A stretch of 61,393 nt of DNA, filler included, from Candidatus Woesearchaeota archaeon CG1_02_57_44 (GTDB lineage Archaea; Nanobdellota; Nanobdellia; Woesearchaeales; CG1-02-57-44): assembly GCA_001871415.1 (NCBI GenBank). It is 4 parts of 4 records of this genome, joined end to end, with 100 filler letters (N's around TTAATTAATTAA, not from the genome) between each part and the next. Parts side by side here need not be neighbours in the genome. Positions count along the whole stretch, not along the records: positions 56,137 to 61,393 come from MNWW01000060.1; 3 more parts are not named here. One strand, written 5' to 3'. This document shows, piece after piece, positions 59,548 through 61,393 of the stretch. Position numbers and translations under genes: made by a program. The notes beneath the pieces were generated by a model. The model was not told the DNA's origin, searched no databases, and worked only from the letters and a program-made list of their open reading frames with translations. Position 1 is the stretch's first letter, and every line of letters starts with the position of its first letter.

Positions 59548-60819
59548 ATGAACGTCAGCGTCTCCGGAACTGGGTATGTCGGCCTCATCCAGGGGGTCGG
59601 CCTCGCGAAGAAAGGTCACAGCGTCACCTGCGTGGATATCGACCGCGCCAAGGTCGAGTCCATCAACGCGGGGGTCCCTCCCATCTATGAGGACGGCCTC
59701 AAAGAGCTATTGGCTGAAGTAAGAAAGAATGGTTTCAAGGCGACGGACGACATCCGTCAGGCAGTCCTCAATTCGGACATCACCTTCGTCTGCGTGGGCA
59801 CGCCCAGCAGCCGTCACGGTGAGATAAAGCTGCATCAGGTGCGCCAGGTGGCGAGGGAGATAGGCGAGGTCCTCAGGGAGAAGGATTATCACGTCGTGGT
59901 CATCAAGTCCACGGTCGTGCCAGGGACGACCGAAGGCATGATAGAGCTGCTCGAGGAGCACAGCGGCAAGTCCTATCCAAAGGATTTCGGCGTGGCCATG
60001 AATCCGGAGTTCCTGCGTGAAGGCTCCGCGCTCGATGATTTCTTCAGCCCGGACCGCGTGGTCATCGGCAGCACGGACAAGCGCACGCGCGACCTTATCC
60101 GCAAGCTCTATGAGGGATTCGACTGTGAGGTCGTGGAGACGAATTTTCGCGAGGCGGAGATGATTAAGTACGCGAGCAACGCGTTGCTGGCGACCAAGCT
60201 GAGCTTCATCAACGAGGTGGGCAATGTCTGCAAGCGCATGGGCATCGACACGAACGTCGTCGCCAAGGGCGTGGGTCTGGACCATCGCATCGGTCCGAAG
60301 TTCCTGCGCGCGGGCCTGGGCTTTGGCGGCTCCTGCTTTCCCAAGGATGTCTCGGCCCTCATGCACAAGGCGACCGAGTCGGGCTACTACCCGCGCGTGC
60401 TGCGCGCCGTGCTCGATGTCAATCGCGACCAGCCAGGCAAGCTCCTCTACTTGCTGGACAACAAGCTGGGTTCCTTGTCAGGAAAGCGCATAGCCATCCT
60501 CGGGCTCACCTTCAAGGAGAACACGGACGACGTGCGCGAGAGTCCCAGTCTCACGATCATCAAGGACCTGCTCATGGAGCACGCGGATCTCGTCCTGTTC
60601 GACCCGATGGGCATGCCCGCGGTCATGCAGCTCTTCCCGCAGCTGCAGTACGCGCAGAGCGCGCAGCACGCGGTGCACGGCGCGGATGCGGTGCTGCTGC
60701 TGACCGAATGGCCTCAGTTTCAGGACGTGGACTACGGCGACGTGTATGTCCTGGATGGGAAGAACGTGTTCAATACGAAGGACAGGCGCCCGAAAAACTA
60801 TGAGGGTATCTGCTGGTAG
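59548..60819 (+). CDS. ugd: UDP-glucose/GDP-mannose dehydrogenase
   Basis: GTGYVG, VGTP, KSTVVPGT, NPEFLREG, GFGGSCFPKD and FKENTDDVRES motifs. Confidence 0.95.
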   Translation: MNVSVSGTGYVGLIQGVGLAKKGHSVTCVDIDRAKVESINAGVPPIYEDGLKELLAEVRKNGFKATDDIRQAVLNSDITFVCVGTPSSRHGEIKLHQVRQVAREIGEVLREKDYHVVVIKSTVVPGTTEGMIELLEEHSGKSYPKDFGVAMNPEFLREGSALDDFFSPDRVVIGSTDKRTRDLIRKLYEGFDCEVVETNFREAEMIKYASNALLATKLSFINEVGNVCKRMGIDTNVVAKGVGLDHRIGPKFLRAGLGFGGSCFPKDVSALMHKATESGYYPRVLRAVLDVNRDQPGKLLYLLDNKLGSLSGKRIAILGLTFKENTDDVRESPSLTIIKDLLMEHADLVLFDPMGMPAVMQLFPQLQYAQSAQHAVHGADAVLLLTEWPQFQDVDYGDVYVLDGKNVFNTKDRRPKNYEGICW

Positions 60820-60856
60820 GAAGGGGCAACGATGACAGTGAAAGCGAGGGAGCACC

Positions 60857-61393
60857 ATGAAACCGATTCTAGGATTGAAGAGAGAACCGAAGGCCGATAA
60901 CATCGCGGCTGATACGGTGGCCGATGCTGTTGTTGAAGGTGGCGGGCAGGAAACGCCAGAGCAGGGGGCGACGAAGGCACTGCCGCGCGATGAGACGCAG
61001 GCACCGGAGATACGTTCCGTGCGTCCCATACGCAAGGCGGTCATCACCGCAGGCGGCCTGGGCGCGGAGTTTCTGCCGGCGACCAAGGCACAGCCCAAGG
61101 AGATGCTGCCCATCATCAATACGCCCGTCATACAGCTCGTGGTAGAAGAAGCCGTCGAGGCAGGCATAACCGATATCATCATCATCATCGGCAAGGGCAA
61201 GCGTGCCATCGAGGACCACTTCGATCGCTCCTTCGAGCTGGAATACGAGCTCAAGCGCCGAGGCATGGTCGAGATGCTCCATCAGGTCAATCGCCTGCAT
61301 CAGCTCGCTGACATCCATTTCATCCGCCAGAACGACGCCGCTGGCTTGGGCGCCGCCATCCTGCGCGCACGCGACCACTGTGGCGATGAGCCG
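60857..61393 (+). CDS. GalU-like UTP-glucose-1-phosphate uridylyltransferase (runs off the window; altered active-site loop)
   Basis: Not in the ORF track. Manual translation: ...RKAVITAGGLGAEFLPATKAQPKEMLPII...EEAVEAGI...GKRAIEDHFD...RQNDAAGLGAAI. Confidence 0.88.
   Translation, partial: MKPILGLKREPKADNIAADTVADAVVEGGGQETPEQGATKALPRDETQAPEIRSVRPIRKAVITAGGLGAEFLPATKAQPKEMLPIINTPVIQLVVEEAVEAGITDIIIIIGKGKRAIEDHFDRSFELEYELKRRGMVEMLHQVNRLHQLADIHFIRQNDAAGLGAAILRARDHCGDEP

Overview
Archaeal DNA, most consistent with a DPANN/Woesearchaeota-type genome (inferred from rpl35ae, TFE, aIF2-gamma, LonB, TATA-box promoters, class III pilins, and bacterial-type GroES/GroEL). The window is four contigs joined by 100-nt N spacers carrying an artificial TTAATTAATTAA linker (18514-18613, 40110-40209, 56037-56136), so adjacency across gaps is meaningless. 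Contig 1 has a candidate replication origin (two ORB-like boxes plus phased TGAGAC motifs) beside a small HTH gene, and an 11-kb type IV pilus locus (six pilin-like proteins including a 949-aa vWA protein, a coiled-coil protein, an ATPase and two TadC-like proteins). Contig 2 has surface and orphan proteins, a soluble histidine kinase and a nine-gene arginine operon argG-X-argC-argD-argF'-argB-argE-argH-argJ. That operon lacks argA, and contains an uncharacterised P-loop protein X, a transcarbamylase with the succinyl-type specificity residue, and a divergent ArgJ; it is the best candidate for an undescribed system. Contig 3 has a 22-bp tandem array, tfe, groES/EL, lonB, a Na+/K+-ATPase-like pump, dus, an FKBP, eif2g, dapB and an MNT-HEPN pair. 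Contig 4 has a stand-alone 5S rRNA, ribB and a sugar-nucleotide locus with two degenerate nucleotidyltransferases. A 141-bp palindromic element occurs twice. All family calls come from motif recognition by eye; no database search was run.
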